The notes: generated by a model not told the origin, from the sequence alone. DNA of 64,000 bases from Cycas panzhihuaensis (GCA_023213395.1 CM041465.1:127603741-127667740), one strand, 5' to 3'. Positions 10,659 through 25,818 are shown, counted from the first letter of the stretch. A program made the numbers and translations.

Positions 10659-13600
10659 ATAATCAATGAATCATATCACGAGGAAGGTACACAAATTATA
10701 TATCCAGGGTAAATATTGAACAACAACATTAATAAAGTATAAATAGATTAAACATACAATAATCATTCACCATAAGAGATAATGGATTTATACGTGAAAA
10801 GCTTAGTGTAAGAAAAACCACAGGAGAAAGTCAGAGTTGGAAACTCCTCTTAATGATATTAAAATATTACATCTCTAAATGAGTTCTTCCTCTATTAATC
10901 CTTTCTTAAGTTCTTAAGTGGTGTGTGTATCTATTTATAGATATGTCACCTCACAAATATCCTATAATATCTCTTGAGCTTTTTCATCATCCAATAGGAT
11001 ATGCACATGAATAATCATGTATATTATATTTATTAATACTTTTGGTGACTAGGATTTTATGTGGATATATAACCATATATTAAATATTAGATATAAAAAT
11101 ATTATATATTCTAACATCCCCCTTTAATATTTAATATTTTTAAATCTTCAAATTTTATTTTCAACCTTAGTCTTCAATATCCTCTACTTTCCTTGTATAT
11201 TGGAATCTATAAACTTGTATCAAATTGAATAAAATTATATCACCTACAACCTATAAATCTATCAATATCATGCTTATTTTCAATAAGAAATTATCTTGTA
11301 ACCTATATATAGTTATCTGTGATCATTAATGACTAACTATGAATAACCAACCTGTAATATACTTGTATACGAATCATCAATTGTTTATTAAACATCAACT
11401 AATATACATGGCTCTTACTATTATATTTATATAAAGTATTCTCTTGAATAACTTTATATCTTCACTTGTAAAGTTGTTATCAATCATCGACATCTGCAAA
11501 CCTATTATCTTAACAATTTTAAAAACTAAAATGATTATTACTATCCATATAAAATAATAACCATTTATTGAAATATATGGATAAATGATTATTGTAATTG
11601 TTAGTTCTCTAAGATGTACTTCTTGTATGTAGTTCATTAGTAAATAAGAGTAGCATAAAGTATCTAACCTCTTACATATGAGACTAATAATATACTTTGT
11701 ATGTTGTATAAGGGTAGTCTCATTTACTCACCTTTTGCATATGAGTAAATAACTTGTATGCTGCCTCCATCAGTACTTTTACACACATCTTCTATAGCTC
11801 TCTTTTAGCAACTATTAAATAACTTATTAACATCAACAAATTAATCATCTAAGCATACTAACTCTAGGAACCTGGCATACTAGTTGGGCAAGATAAGTTA
11901 GTTATAACAAGGTAATACAAATAGTGTGTTCCAATGCTTCTTATCATAAATTTCTCATTGAAAATATATATTATATATTAGTTAGACAATCTCAATAATT
12001 GAATTTTGGTACTAAGTAAATAATATATGATACTTTTCTATGTCTCATAAATAGGTAGAAATTTCACTGAATTATCATATCAACTTATTTCTCTAACAAA
12101 CAACAAATGATGTGCCCCTTATCATTTAGGGGGTGTCTTTAATCTCAAATAGGTGTCTAATAAACTAAGTGAATATAACATTTGATTATTGTTATAGTCA
12201 CTTTCTCAAATGTACTCAATACAAAGGGGGATTTGTATTATATCCAACATATGTCAAAAGATTTCCACATCAAATTTATTCCATATATTTAGGTTTTTAT
12301 TTATTTTGAGCTTTAAATATTATAAGTAAGACTTTATATATTTAATTTTAAATGAAACTTCATTTTTCATTCATCATCTATTGATAATAACATTATCATG
12401 ATCTCTAGAGTCTTTAAAAACAATAGAATATACCAAAATAGATTTGAAAAATGTTATAAAATGCAACTTTTATGAAGTTAAAACTATTTTACTAAACTTT
12501 ACCTATTAAAATATTTATTAATTAATCTCTAAAATATCCCTTGTGACTACTCATTCAACCATCTAGAAATTCTCTTTTTAATGCAATTGGCGACTTGAAA
12601 ATTAAGCACTTTAATGAAAAGATATTATAAGAAAACTATTAGTATATCTTAGAAAATCATGTGGTCCTTTAGAAAATGAGTTTAGCTTCTTTTAGCTAGG
12701 TTCTTGGTCACATTAGATCCTCCACATGACTGATTGTTGATGACTTGGGGGCTTACTGATGGATTGCATAAAAGATTTAAATTTAATTAAATATATTAAA
12801 ACATCATGTCCACTTAATAACACATACCTCATGGGTTACTATATATCTACTAGTATATGCATATTGCTTATTTTATATAAATCATTTGCTGATGGTATTA
12901 TTGGTTCACTTACTTCATAACTTCATTTATTATTTATAACATCTTTAAATTTATCATCTTCTTCATATCTCTCAACAATAAATTTATTCCAAAAATACCT
13001 TTGATTGGAAGAAAATCCACAAGCTAAAGTGGATAAAAAATATCATAAATGAAAATTGGGTAAGAGAGAGGCCATAATTTATCTTATCTAATCTTTCTAC
13101 TATTAATTATGAAATTTGGTGAGGTATCTAGTCTCATAGAATCTTAGTCACTTTTGTAGGTAGATGGCCTATATAGGTGAATGCAACTAGTAATAATATT
13201 TCTCTCATATCTTCTTCATTGGTGGACTAACTTCAAACCTACATGCTCATGAATATAGGCCTACACACATAAATATATATCCACAATAAATTTAATATCA
13301 ACATATCATCAATTTGCTATATTCTTAATGCATCATTATCTCCTATATATAACTCTAATAAACTTAATCTTACCTTAGACTCTCAGTCATATGTCATTGG
13401 TATAAATGGTATAATTAGCTTTTGTCTTATAAAAAATATACATCAAAATGGCTCATATACTAGCTCATATATTAACTTTGTCACTAGTTCAACTAATATC
13501 TCAATATGATTATGTATAGGTTTGTTGCTTGCTTCCACAAGATCTTTTATAACATGGCTCTAATACCGTGTCAGAATTTAGAATTTAACTGTGATACCAT

Positions 13601-16600
13601 ATTGAAATATACTCATTATATACAATGGAGGTATATCAAACACATATAATCAATGAAATATATCATGAGGAATGTATATAAATCATGCATATAAGATGAA
13701 CATATCAAGTAATAATATAAATCATAAAGTATAAATAGATTAAGCATGTAATAATCATTTACTATAGGAGATAGTTGATTTATACATGGAAAACCTAATA
13801 GGAAAAAAAACATGGGACAAGGTTAGAGTTATGAGCTCCTCTTAATGATATCTAAAGGGGAGTGGTAGTTTGTGTTAGCTTCCACCTAAGTTTAAGTCAC
13901 ATAAAGCAGTAATAAAACAATAATAAAATATATGTATGAAAGATAATATAAGGAGGTTAAATTTATCAATCCTCCAATATTGAAATATTTCATTAATCAC
14001 ATACCATATTACATTAATATTATGCCTCGTATATATAAAATATTGATAGTTATGAGAGAGGCATGAAATATGAAGGGTTGATCATATAACATGATATTTG
14101 GCACCTTATATGATTAACTTATAAAGGCGTTACAATGAGTTATGAGCAAATATGACCCCTCGTACTTAGGCTCATAACCTCAAGTTATAAATTATCATAA
14201 ACATGAGACTAATACCCTTATAATATACTAATTTACTAACATCACTTCAATATTACAAATACATATTACATTTACAAAATGACTAATATTAAATTAATGA
14301 AATCAATATTAATTCTTCTATCACCCTTCGTTAATGATGAGTTTAGTAATTTTGATACTGAGGCTAAGCTAAAATCATTCGAATTTGTCATGAGGAAGTG
14401 CTTTGGTGAAGATATCACCAATTTAATAATTAATTGGCTTGCAAAACAAATTAATCTTACTATCCTAAACATGCTCTATAAAGAAGTGATGGTGAACTTT
14501 GATATGCTTTATTTTTATATGGACACATGATTGTTGGTTAATTTAAGAACACTCTATTTATCATAGAAAAGAGTAGTGACCTATGTCTGATTAATACCAA
14601 GCTCTTTAAGAATCCTTCTAAGCCAGATAGCATTAATAGCTAAATTAACAACAACTTTATACTTTGTTCAATGGAGGATAAGGTGACATTTAGTTGCATT
14701 TTATAACTCTAAGAAATAGAGGCAAAACCTAAGTTAAAATAATAGCCTAAGGTTGATCGATTACCATCCTTGCATCTAGCTCAATAAGCATCTATGTAAC
14801 CTATCAACAAGGGATTGTCCACCTTACTATAATTAAGTCCAAACTAAAGTTAACCCTAAAGATATCTCAATATCTACATAGCTACTTTCTAATGTGAAAT
14901 CTTGGGCTAAGTCATAAACCTTAAGAAAATCCCAATAACATATGAGATATAAGGTTGAGTATGTGTGAGGTAAATTAATTTCCCCACAAGCTACCTGTAC
15001 AAAGTAAATTCTATAGGTTTACCACACTCATCAATAACTACCTTTAATCTAGTCTCTATAGGAGTTGGTAATGTCTTATATTCCTCTATTCTAAATTTTT
15101 TAAGGATATCCCTTGTATATTTGGATTATAAAAGGAAGATATGGCTTGACTATTGTCAGACTTCCATGCCATAAAAATAATAAAACAACCCAAGGTTAGT
15201 TATCTCAAAAGCTCTCCTTGGAGGTATGAAATCCACTCTATGTTATTGTCTGTTATCAACAAGTCATAAATATATAGTATAACTAGGATGATTAAATTAT
15301 TTTAGATTTTCATATATAAATTTAGATAATAAGATGAATATACAACTCTATGCTTCTAAAAGTACTTATTTATCTTCGTATACTAAGCATAATTTGACTA
15401 ATTAAGGTTATCTAGATCCTTCTTTAGGTTGTAGACTAGATGTTCCTTTCCATAAACAACTTAGCTAGGAGGTTGACTTAGGCATACTTCCTCTTATAAA
15501 TCACTATTCATAAAGGTACTTTTTATATCCATATGAAAATAAGCTAGTTAAACTAAACTACTAATGCTAAAATAAGCCTAATAATGGTCTTGTTGGCAAT
15601 AGGGAAAAATGTATCATCATAATAAATGCCCTCAATCTATTTCAAACCTTTAGCAACCAAACATGATTTATGATGTTAAATAGAGCCATCTATATAAAAT
15701 TTTATTTTATAAATCTATCTATAATTAATTGGTTTCTATCCTTTAGGAAACTCAACTAGCTCCTAAGTATTATTTTACAAAATAAAGTCCATCTTCTCAT
15801 TCATAGTTGCTTACCACTTTTGATTTGTAATAACTTCTTTAAAAGTGATAGGTTTAGGAGTTGATAATACTTTTACCATTAAGGCAAAGTTGGTAGATGA
15901 CCTATATTTAAATTGCTTTTAGTTTATTGAGGAGGTGATGGAACATAAGAGATCATTTACAAGTACCATATAGGGAGCTACTTTGATGTGACCTCCTCTT
16001 AAACATCTTTTATAGGACTTATTGATATAGATATTGAAGTAGACGATAGAGTGTAAACAAAGTACCAAGAGTATATGACATTGATAGAGGTAATTGAATT
16101 ATTGGAATATTTTGAGCAGCAGGAGGAAGAGGAGCAAGAGCTTCTGTAGGATGTTCATCAAAGAATGAAGGTTGACTCATGTCAAAGTCCTAGTTATCTT
16201 CTAAAAAAATAACATCTCAAGATATATACATTTGTTTAGTAGCAAGATCATAAAGTTTGTATGCTTTGTAATTCGACTAGTAACTAATGAAAATATATTT
16301 CTTGCTCTTGTCATCAAGCATTTTTCTTTATTCTTTTGGTATAAGCATTTATGTTATAGAACAAAAAGTATAGCAATATGAGACCATGGGTTTTTGACCT
16401 GATTAGGCCTCCTTAGGTGTAATATTTAAAATTGCCTTGGTTGGACTTTGATTTATAAGGTAAGGAATTATATTAAGGGCTTTAATACATAATTAAAGTT
16501 CTAAATTTTTAGTAGAAAGCATGGCTTTTCCTTTGTTAAGCAAGGTCTAATTCATACGATTAGTAACTCCATTTTACTGAGTTATACAAGGGGCAAAAAA

Positions 16601-16779
16601 CTACCATTTAATGCTATTATCTTTGTAAAATTAAGCAAACTCTCTTGAAGTGTATTCACCTCTATACACCATGCTTAAAATTTCTAATTTTTTAAAATGC
16701 TTTTAATTTCTTGATCCAGGAGGATCTACCATATGTTTACAGGATGATGAAAATGCTAGGCATTGGCATAACTAAAAGA

Positions 16780-17325
16780 GATATGGCCAAATGGTATCAA
16801 AATTCTATGATTTTTTTTTTAAAGGGATAAGACACATCTCACTAGATGTGTACAAAAGGTGGGGTTCAGAAAATATCATTTGATTAGAGTTCAAGCCTTG
16901 TCTTTGCATAAAAATTAATCCCACAGCTAGCAGAAAAAAATAGAAAATATATATTATGATTATATGAATAGAAACATGGCCAAATGACATCCAAATGAGC
17001 TAAAATTTTGAGGAAGCGGAGGAGACATGCGTTCCTATACATATAACAAATTTGAGCTAAACTGGAGTCCGTTAAGGTCAGTTACAAGCCATAACTTGCA
17101 AGAATTGCATGAAGGCCACTTAGACAGCAGAAAAATAGCAAATACATATTATTATTAAATGAATAAAAATGTAGTCAAATAACATCCAAAGGAGCTGAAA
17201 ATTTAAGGAAGCTGAGGGGACATGCGTTCCTATAGGTGTACCAAATTTGAGCCAAATTGGAGTATGTTAAGATCTGTTACAAGCTACAAATTTTTAAGAA
17301 TTGTATGAAGGCCACTTGGACAACA
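16780..17325 (+). repeat. ~195-bp tandem repeat (2 clear + 1 degenerate copy) within Gypsy C LTR; also at ~22435-22980
   Basis: Unit ...caaatgacatccaaatgagct(a/g)aaa..ttgaggaagc...acatgcgttcctata...aaatttgagc...gttacaagc...gaattg(c/t)atgaaggccactt recurs at ~16980 and ~17176, weakly at ~16788. Confidence 0.85.
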
Positions 17326-17898
17326 TGCATTCTGGTGGTTAGTGGTTATACTTGCATGATTGCCACTTGTTAAACATGCAATTCAGGTTTCTTTCTATAA
17401 ATTGAGCCCTTCTACAGGTTGGAGAGGTGGTTCTTGGAGACTTGACTTGGGAAGCATCCTTGGAGAGGCATTTGGAGGGTTGGAGTCCCCCTTATGGTAT
17501 AATTGTAACATTTATTCCTTGTAATTTTACCATTCTTTTGCTAGTTGATTTCTCCACCATTAAATGGAGATTTTTATGGTTTAATAAAAGTATTACTCCC
17601 CATACTTTTGGATGAATGTCAAGAATAAATGATTTGGTGTAGAATTTTCCTTTCATGGGCTCATTGTTGTTTTGATGTTATTGAGCTTTCTACACTAACT
17701 CCCAGGATCTCAAGGAGGAAAGGTTGATAATTGATTTCTTCACCAACTAAGATCTTTTGGGATCATATTTTGGTATCAGAGCCTCTGATCTTTGTTGTAG
17801 GGACTTGAATGGTATAAACAAGGAAAGGATACAAAGAGAAAGGTGAAGACTTTCTTGTGTTGCAATCACCAAGAAGACAAAGAAAGAATCCAAGCACC

Positions 17899-20800
17899 AT
17901 GGTCAAAAGAAGATGGAGAAATTAGATTTGAAAAGCTTGAGAAGAACGTAGAAGCCTTGATGCAAATGATGACCCACCTTCTACCTCTAGTCAAAGGAAA
18001 GGCAAAGAGAAGGAATTTGAAGGAGGATCCACATATGACCACGACCATGAAGAGGAAGAGGAGGAGACCTTAAAGCACTCTTTTGAAGAAAGCAAGGGTA
18101 CTTCATCTCATCAACCCTTCAAGGTGGAGGCAAAGTTGGATATTCCAACTTATGATGGAGAGGTAAATGCTGAAAAGTTGGACCATTGGTTGGATCAACT
18201 TGAAACCTACTTCACAATCTATGCTTATAGTAATGCTCAAAAGCTTTCATTTGCTAGGCTCAAGTTGTGTAAACATGCATTGACATGGTGGAATGCATAT
18301 TTGAAAACTCATGATGTATCTTCTTTTCATGGAGGGATTTTAAGAAAATAATAAAGAAGCAATTCTACCCCATAGGTCATGAGGAAGACCAATGGGTCAC
18401 TTGGCAATATTTACGCCAAGGAGAGGTGTAAGTGTCCAAGACTATACTTCTTTATTTTTAGGCATGGCATGCTACTTGGTATTAATATGGATGAACATGT
18501 CACTCTTATGAAATTCATTGGAGGATTACATGAATACATAAGGAAGGAACTAAGGCTTTTTAAGGTTCAATCCATTGGAGAAGCAAGTAGGATGGCTATG
18601 GCAATAGAAAGTAAAAGTAAGAAATCTACATTCATATCTAAAGATTCTACTTTTACTTCTAATAAGTATGAAAAGAATCCTAAATTGCACTCATCAAAAA
18701 GACAAGAAGGAAAGAGGAAAAGAACTAATTTTGTTAAAAGTTCTAACTATTGTGAGCATTGTGATATTAGTGGTCATATTACAAAAAGTGTTGGAAGTTG
18801 CATCCGAACTAAAGCCAAGCATATCAAGGATATGGAATTAAGAAAGAAGAAAAAAGGGAAAGCACTACTTTCTGAGGTGGAGATTCAAAGTGAAGGAGAA
18901 GAAGAGAAGGTCACTCTACTTACAAATTATGAAGATGATGCTACAGGAGGAACTATTTCACTTGAAGCTTCAAGTAGGAAATAGTATGATTGGTGCCATT
19001 ATAGATCCGGAAGCCAAAAGAATTTGATCTCGAGAAAGTTTGGTAAGAGCATTGGTTTGGTAACTACTCCTCACCCTCATCCATATCCTCTTGGTTGGAT
19101 CCATAAAGATGTGGAAATGCAAATATCAAAGCAATGTACACTTAAATTTTCCATCACTAATGATTTTGTTGATGAGGTAATATGTGATGTGGTGCCCCGG
19201 ATGTATGCCATGTTGTGCTTGGAAGTCCCTACTTGTGGGATCGAGATGCACTCTTCTATCGAAGGGAGAGAAAGTATCGATTGATGAAGGATAACAAGGG
19301 CTTCATCATAAAGGCCACAAAGAAGCACTTGGATAAAATAGCATTAATTTCAGCTACTCAAGCAAAAGGATGATCAATGCATGTGGTAAATTTGTCATCT
19401 TAATGGTAAGGAGAAAAGAAGAGCCAAGAGATGAAGAAAGTCCTTCTACTCACACTCTTCTTATATCACCTAAACAAATGCAACAAATTGAGGAGTTAAA
19501 GACAAGGTATGATATTCTATTTCAACATGTTGATGGGCTTCCACCAAAGAGAAAGATAGAGCATGAAATCACTCTTGTAGGAGATGCACCATTACCTAAT
19601 GTTGCTTTGTATAGCACTCCATTGTAGAAAATAATGAGATAAAGAGGCAAGTTGAGGAGTTGCTTGATCAAGGGGTCATAAGACCTTCATGTTCACCTTG
19701 TGGGTCACCAATTGTCTTGGTGCCTAAGAAGGATGGAGGATGGAGAATGTGTATAGATTTTCGTGCTTTGAATAAAATTACAATTAAAAATCGCTACCCT
19801 TTGCCTCGTATAGATGATTTGCTTGATCAAATTCAAAGATGCTTGTTATTTCACTAAATTGGATTTAAAAGTGGTTATCACCAAGTTAGGGTCAAGGAGG
19901 AGGACACATGGAAGACGGCCTTCAAAACAAAGCAAGGACTCTTTGAATGGATGGTTATGCCTTTCGGATTGTGTAATGCTCCGCAACATTCATGAGGCTA
20001 ATGAATGAAATATTAAGGCCTTACTTGGATAATTTTGTGGTTTACTATCTTGCTGACACTTTGATTTTCAAGAACACATGGGAGGAACATTTGCACATAG
20101 AAGAAGTTTTAAAGACTATGGCTAAGCATCATTTGAAGCTTAATGTGAAGAAGTGTGAATTTGGCAAGGAGAACTTGATCTTCTTAGGCTTTGTGGTTGG
20201 AGGAGGAAAGTTAAGCATTGATCCACTCAAGACTCAAGCCATCCTCAAATGGCCTAGGCCAACAAACATCACAGAGGAGAGAAGTTTTTTAGGAGCTTGT
20301 CAATACTTGAGAAAGTTCATTCTTCATTTCTCACAGGTTGCAACACCTCTACATGGATTGACAAAATCTAGTAGAAAGTTTACTTGGGGTTCTAAGGAGG
20401 AAGAAGCCTTTCTTCTTTTAAAGAAGAAAATTTGTGAAGCATCGGTTTTGGCAATGCCAAATTTGCAAAGGCCTTTTGAAGTAGAAGCTGATGCAAGTGG
20501 AAATGCGATGGGAGTTGTCCTTATTCAAGATGGGAAGCCTATTGCGTACCATTGGAAGTCTTCACCCTCAAGTGAAGAACTACCCAACATATGATCGAGA
20601 AATGTTCGCACTTCATCAAGCATGCAAGCATTGGAGGTCATACTTGCTTTCGGAAAAGAGGTTGTAGTTCATACCGATCATAAGCCTCTTCAATTTTTAC
20701 AAACTCAAAGTAAATTACAAAGAAGCAAGACACATGAAGTGGATGAGTTATTTACAACAATTCAATATTGTAATTAAGTATAAAAGGGATCTAATAACAA

Positions 20801-22345
20801 AATTCGATATGTTATCTAGACCACCTTGTTCCACTTCTTCTTCTACTTTTGTATGTAGTTCTCTTATGAGTTTGCGGGTGGAACCAATGCATCATGAAGA
20901 GTACAAAGACTTGTACCATGAAGATGAAGCTTTGAAGGAAGAATTAGAGAACCTAGCGAAAGGAAGACCTTCCCACTTGCTTGGAAGGATGGTCTACTTT
21001 TCAAAGGAGAGCGACTCTGTGTTCCATCAAAAGGAGACAAGATCAAGTGGCTTAGAAGCCCATACTTCTAAAGTAGTGGTCACTTTGGTATAGAAGACTT
21101 TAGCAAACTTGAGAAGATATGTTGTATGGCCAAAATGCAAAATGATGTAAAAATATGTAAAAGGATGTGTAATGTGTAATACTTCTAAGCCTTCTTCTAG
21201 AAAATTAGGATTGTATACACCACTACCTATTCCCACTAGGCCTTGGGAAAGTATCTCCATTGATTTTTAGGGGACTTCCCATGACTAGGAAGGGACATGA
21301 TTATCTTTTGTTGTTGTAGATAGGTTTAGTAAAATGATATGTCTAATACCTTGTAAGAAGACAATCACAGTGCAGGGAGCATTTGAGTTATTCTTCGAGC
21401 ATGTATGGAAGAATTTTGGCTTGCCTTCTTCCATCATTTCGCATCGTGGACACTCGATTCCTTTCATCATTTTGGAAGTCACTATGGGAGATGATGGATA
21501 CCAAATTGAAGAGGAGTACAAGTTTCCATCCTCAAGCAGATGGACAAACCAAGTAGTGAGCAGAACTTTGGTACATCTATTGAGGATACAATTCCAAGCA
21601 TCCAAAGACTTGGGATGAATCATTGGCTTTTCTACAATTTGCTTTTAATAGAGCAATGCATGCATCACACTCTAAAGCACATTTTGAAGTTTTTTTGGGA
21701 TACTTACCTCAAAGTCCATTTGACTTAGAGTTTTCCATGCAAGCTAAGGAAGGATCCGTCAAAGAGAAGGAGGAGCATGACAAGGCTTTAAGATACTTGG
21801 AGAAGATCCAGAGAGTCCACAAAGAAGTACATGATCAACTTCTAAGGACTCAACAAAAGTACAAGGAAAGACATGACAAGTATAGGCAAGAGTGTACTTT
21901 CCAAGAAGGAGATTTAGTATGGTTATACTTGAGCAAGGAGAGGTTAAAAGGAGAAGGTAAGAAACTCAAACCTATAAGGTATGGACCATTCAAGATTTTG
22001 AGAAAAGTAGGTGGCAATGCTTTCCAACTTGATCTTCCACCTTATATGCAAATATATTCTGTAGTAAATGCTGAATACTTAAAGCTCTTTGAGCCCTCCA
22101 TGCTAGATGAGGAACAGGACCAGTTCACTTTACCTTGATTGATGATTTGTATTTGGAAAGTGAGGAGCCTCTCAAGGAAGATTGTATCTTGAGAGAAAAT
22201 CTTCCAAAACAAGACATAAGACACATGAATCTTTCAAGATTGGAGTAGCAGGGCAATTGCCTAGTAAGGCCAAGTGGTTTAGTAGGAAACAAGGAGAACA
22301 AAACTTCCCCCATCTCCAATTCTAAGCCAAACAGGAGTTGGCTAT
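17899..22345 (+). pseudogene. Gypsy C gag-pol, broken by many small frameshifts (ends approximate)
   Basis: ORF pieces: KLDIPTYDGEVNAEKLDHW (gag), CEHCDISGH (knuckle), IIDP/SGSQ (protease), [28 protein letters not shown] (RT), VEADASG (RNase H), PWESISIDF and YGPFKIL (integrase). Confidence 0.93.
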
Positions 22346-25300
22346 TTTCCAAGGAAGGGGGAGCCATGATCCAGGAGGATCTACCATATGTTTACAGGAT
22401 GATGAAAATGCTAGGCATTGGCATAACTAAAAGAGATATGGCCAAATGGTATCAAAATTATATGAAATTTTTTTTAAAGGGATAAGACACATCTCACTAG
22501 ATGTGTACAAAAGGTGGGGTTCAGAAAATATCATTTGATTAGAGTTCAAGCCTTGTCTTTGCATAAAAATCAATCCCACAGCTAGCAGAAAAAAATAGAA
22601 AATATATATTATAATTATATGAATAGAAACATGGCCAAATGACATCCAAATGAGCTAAAATTTTGAGGAAGCGGAGGAGACATATGTTCCTATACGTGGA
22701 ACAAATTTGAGCTGAATTGGAGTCCGTTAAGGTCAGTTACAAGCTGCAACTTTCAAGAATTGCATGAAGGCCACTTGGACAGCAGAAAAACAGCAAATAC
22801 ATATTATTATTAAATGAATAAAAATGTAGTCAAATGACATCCAAATGAGCTGAAAATTTGAGGAAGCTGAGGGGACATGTGTTCCTATAGGTGTACCAAA
22901 TTTGAGCTAAATTGAAGTACGTTAAGATCTGTTACAAGCTACAACCTTTTAAGAATTGTATGAAGGCCACTTAGACAACATGCATTCTGGTGGTTAGTGG
23001 TTATACTTGCATGATTGCCACTTGTTAAACATGAAATTCAGGTTTCTTTCTATAAATTGAGCCCTTCTACAGGTTGGAGAGGTGGTTCTTGGAGACTTGA
23101 CTTGGGAAGCATCCTTGGAGAGGCATTTGGAGGGTTGGAGTCCCCCTTATGGTATAATTGTAACATTTATTCCTTGTAATTTTACCATTCTTTTGCTAGT
23201 TGATTTCTCCACCATTAAATGAAGATTTTCATGGTCTAATAAAAGTATTACTCCTCATACTTTTAGATGAATGTCAAGAATAAATGATTTGGTGTATAAT
23301 TTTCCTTTCATGGGCTCATTGTTGTTTTGATGTTATTGAGCTTTCTACACTAACTCCCAGGATCTCAAGGAGGAAAGGTTGATAATTGATTTCTTCACCA
23401 ACTAAGCTCTTTTGGGATCATTTCTACTTCAAAAAAACAACCTAAACTTTTCAAGAGTAACTATCAATAAATTTAATAAAATATCGATAACCATTGAATA
23501 GTGTTTGAGACATGGGTTTACAAATGTTGAAATGTATTAGGCCCAATAGTTCCTCAACATGCTAAGCTCTTCCATTTGATCTGAATGGGGCCTAATGATA
23601 TTTACCCATAACATGAGCCTCATAAATACATTTGGTCTACTTAATATTTGGTATTTCATATACTATATTCAATTTGAAAAGTAGATGAAGGTTATCCATA
23701 TTCAAATGACGAAGGCATTGATGCCACAATTAGTCATTTGGAAGTCTTTAAGAAACAAGTGTTTTTAGACTAGATTGCTTATTAATATTTGAAGTTGAAG
23801 AAGAAGTATTTGAAGTAGAAGCTATATTACTACAAGAGATAGTTTTAGTTGGCAAAAATAAAGGTCTTGAGATTGCATCAAGCTTATATAAACCTTGGTC
23901 TTTATATCTAAAAGTAATCAAATTACCATTCAAATATTTAATTAAATATTTTCCAAGGTGACTTAATAAAACATAGAACTTTTACTTATTTATCTAGCTA
24001 ACTCATACTAGATTACATGTCATATCGAGGACATAAAAGACATTATTAAGATGATGTCAAATATCAAAATTATTCAGAGATATGGGAGCATTATTGATCT
24101 TAGAAACCTCTAAAATAGTATCATTATCAAATATAACTAATTGGTTCTGTAATAGCCTTGTATTTGTAAGTAGTTCTTTAGAACTTGTCATGTGATGAGA
24201 GGCTCCAAAATCTATCAACCAGGGTTTATTAGAATGATATGAAGTTGATGTAACAAGGAAAAGAACTTCTAAATTATCCATGTGGCCATCTTGATTCTAA
24301 TTTCATCTTTGGTTATGATTTCTATTTTATTGGTTACCTAAAGGGGCATTTTAATTTTGTCTTCTTAGATCTTGATAGGCACTTTAGTTTTACCTTTGTG
24401 GCCCTTGATATTTACCACATCTATAATTCTAACTACTTTGTGTAATAAGGTGGTTTTAATGCTATTACTATTGAAGATTAGTTTTCTTCTTCCTATAATT
24501 AGGTGCAATATGACTAGGTTTTTCATAGTAGTGACAAACAACCTAAGTGGGATATTATGGTCATTGTTAACATTATTGATATGGATGTTGGTTAAAATTC
24601 ATTAAACTAATTACATAGTTAGATGTGGATGCTATTATCTCCCTCTATGATGTGATGTAAAGGCTAGAGATGAAGAGGAGGCACTTGAATTTGCTAGTTT
24701 GTTAGAGTAGAAGACCTTCAAAGGTGTTGAATTCAAGCATGGCAAGATGATCTATATAAGATAGGTTAGATATGAGGTAATCATATCCATCTAACAAAAA
24801 AATGATTATACAAGATATAAGATCATTGTTATATAATATTTATCCCATAACACTCAACTAGTTCTTAATCAATTTGATCTATGTTAGATGGAATGAAATT
24901 GATGCATCAAACATTATAGAATAGAGTTGAGCTTTGAGCATGACAACTCTTCCATTATCCTTTCTCTTGTATAATATATAGATTATATTCCAAGTTGCAA
25001 CAAAAGGGGGGGGGGTATGTTTAATATTTTTCTCAACATTATCTTTATAGGATAAGTGTAGGAATAAAAGGACAACTTCATCAGATTCTTTAAAGGTGAT
25101 TAAAGTATCAAGATCAACAAGAATGACAACATCAAGATCATTAGATCTCTGGTATCTTTAGGCATGGGAATTAACAAAAAACATAAGCCCATAATTTGTT
25201 TATTATTAGAATATTATTAATTTATTTCTTTTAAGCTAAGAAATTATCACTACTAGATAGTTTAATTATGTTAGTTGGACCATTTGAAGTGCCATTTTAT

Positions 25301-25818
25301 CTCAAGGATGTGTTTTATCTACCTAGAAAGGTTTACTAGTCTAGTAGCTATAATCTTTATCTCCTTTCCTAATAGCCCTTAGTAGTTGAGACAATTCTAT
25401 CTAATGGCATACTTACTCATAAGTAATAGCTTAAGGACCATATATACCCAAAAGTACATAGGTACTAGTGAAGGCTCTATTGCCCCCTTAACATTGCTAA
25501 CCCACTCGCACTAGATTTATGGCCTAATTGACAAATCCTTGTCTAAGGGTATACTTATAAACAAGGCACTCACATTCTCTAAATCTAGCCTAGTCTCCAA
25601 AATCTAAGGTTTAAGTAAACATCTCAGCTTACCACTCCATACACCTTATAGCTATTGCCTCCCCCTATAGTCCATAGAGTTTAAGAAAGAATAATAATGT
25701 ATGCGGGAGTGGTAAATTTAGGGGTCCTAACTAGCCTCCTTGAAAATCTTGTAATTAGGGTGGCTCACTTAGGAGTTATCTTATTTAATATTTTAAGTTT
25801 TTTTCCCCTTAAATTTTG

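Larger units (their letters stand above)
16712..23420 (+). mobile_element. Gypsy C: Ty3/Gypsy chromovirus-lineage element, probably CRM clade; apparently the youngest insertion in the window
   Basis: 1054-bp LTRs 16712-17765 and 22367-23420 with TGATCC...GGATCA termini and roughly 35 differences by eye; TSD TTTCT; perfect PBS tggtatcagagc 17771-17782; PPT aaggaagggggag 22351-22363; order PR-RT-RH-IN; TTPHPHPYPLGW protease motif and TGAT/ATCA ends are CRM-like. Confidence 0.95.
14330..25295 (-). pseudogene. Copia-B gag-pol remnant (split in the integrase by Gypsy C)
   Basis: Likely ATG at 25295; protease ~24230; GLYKLD pre-integrase ~23890; integrase across 16400-16711 and 23426-23720; RT/RH remnants 14330-15850 (end approximate). 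Confidence 0.8.

Noticed and set aside
16805-16990. Repeated small ORF (also 22427-22645)
   Set aside because: Incidental ORF duplicated because it lies in the Gypsy C LTRs
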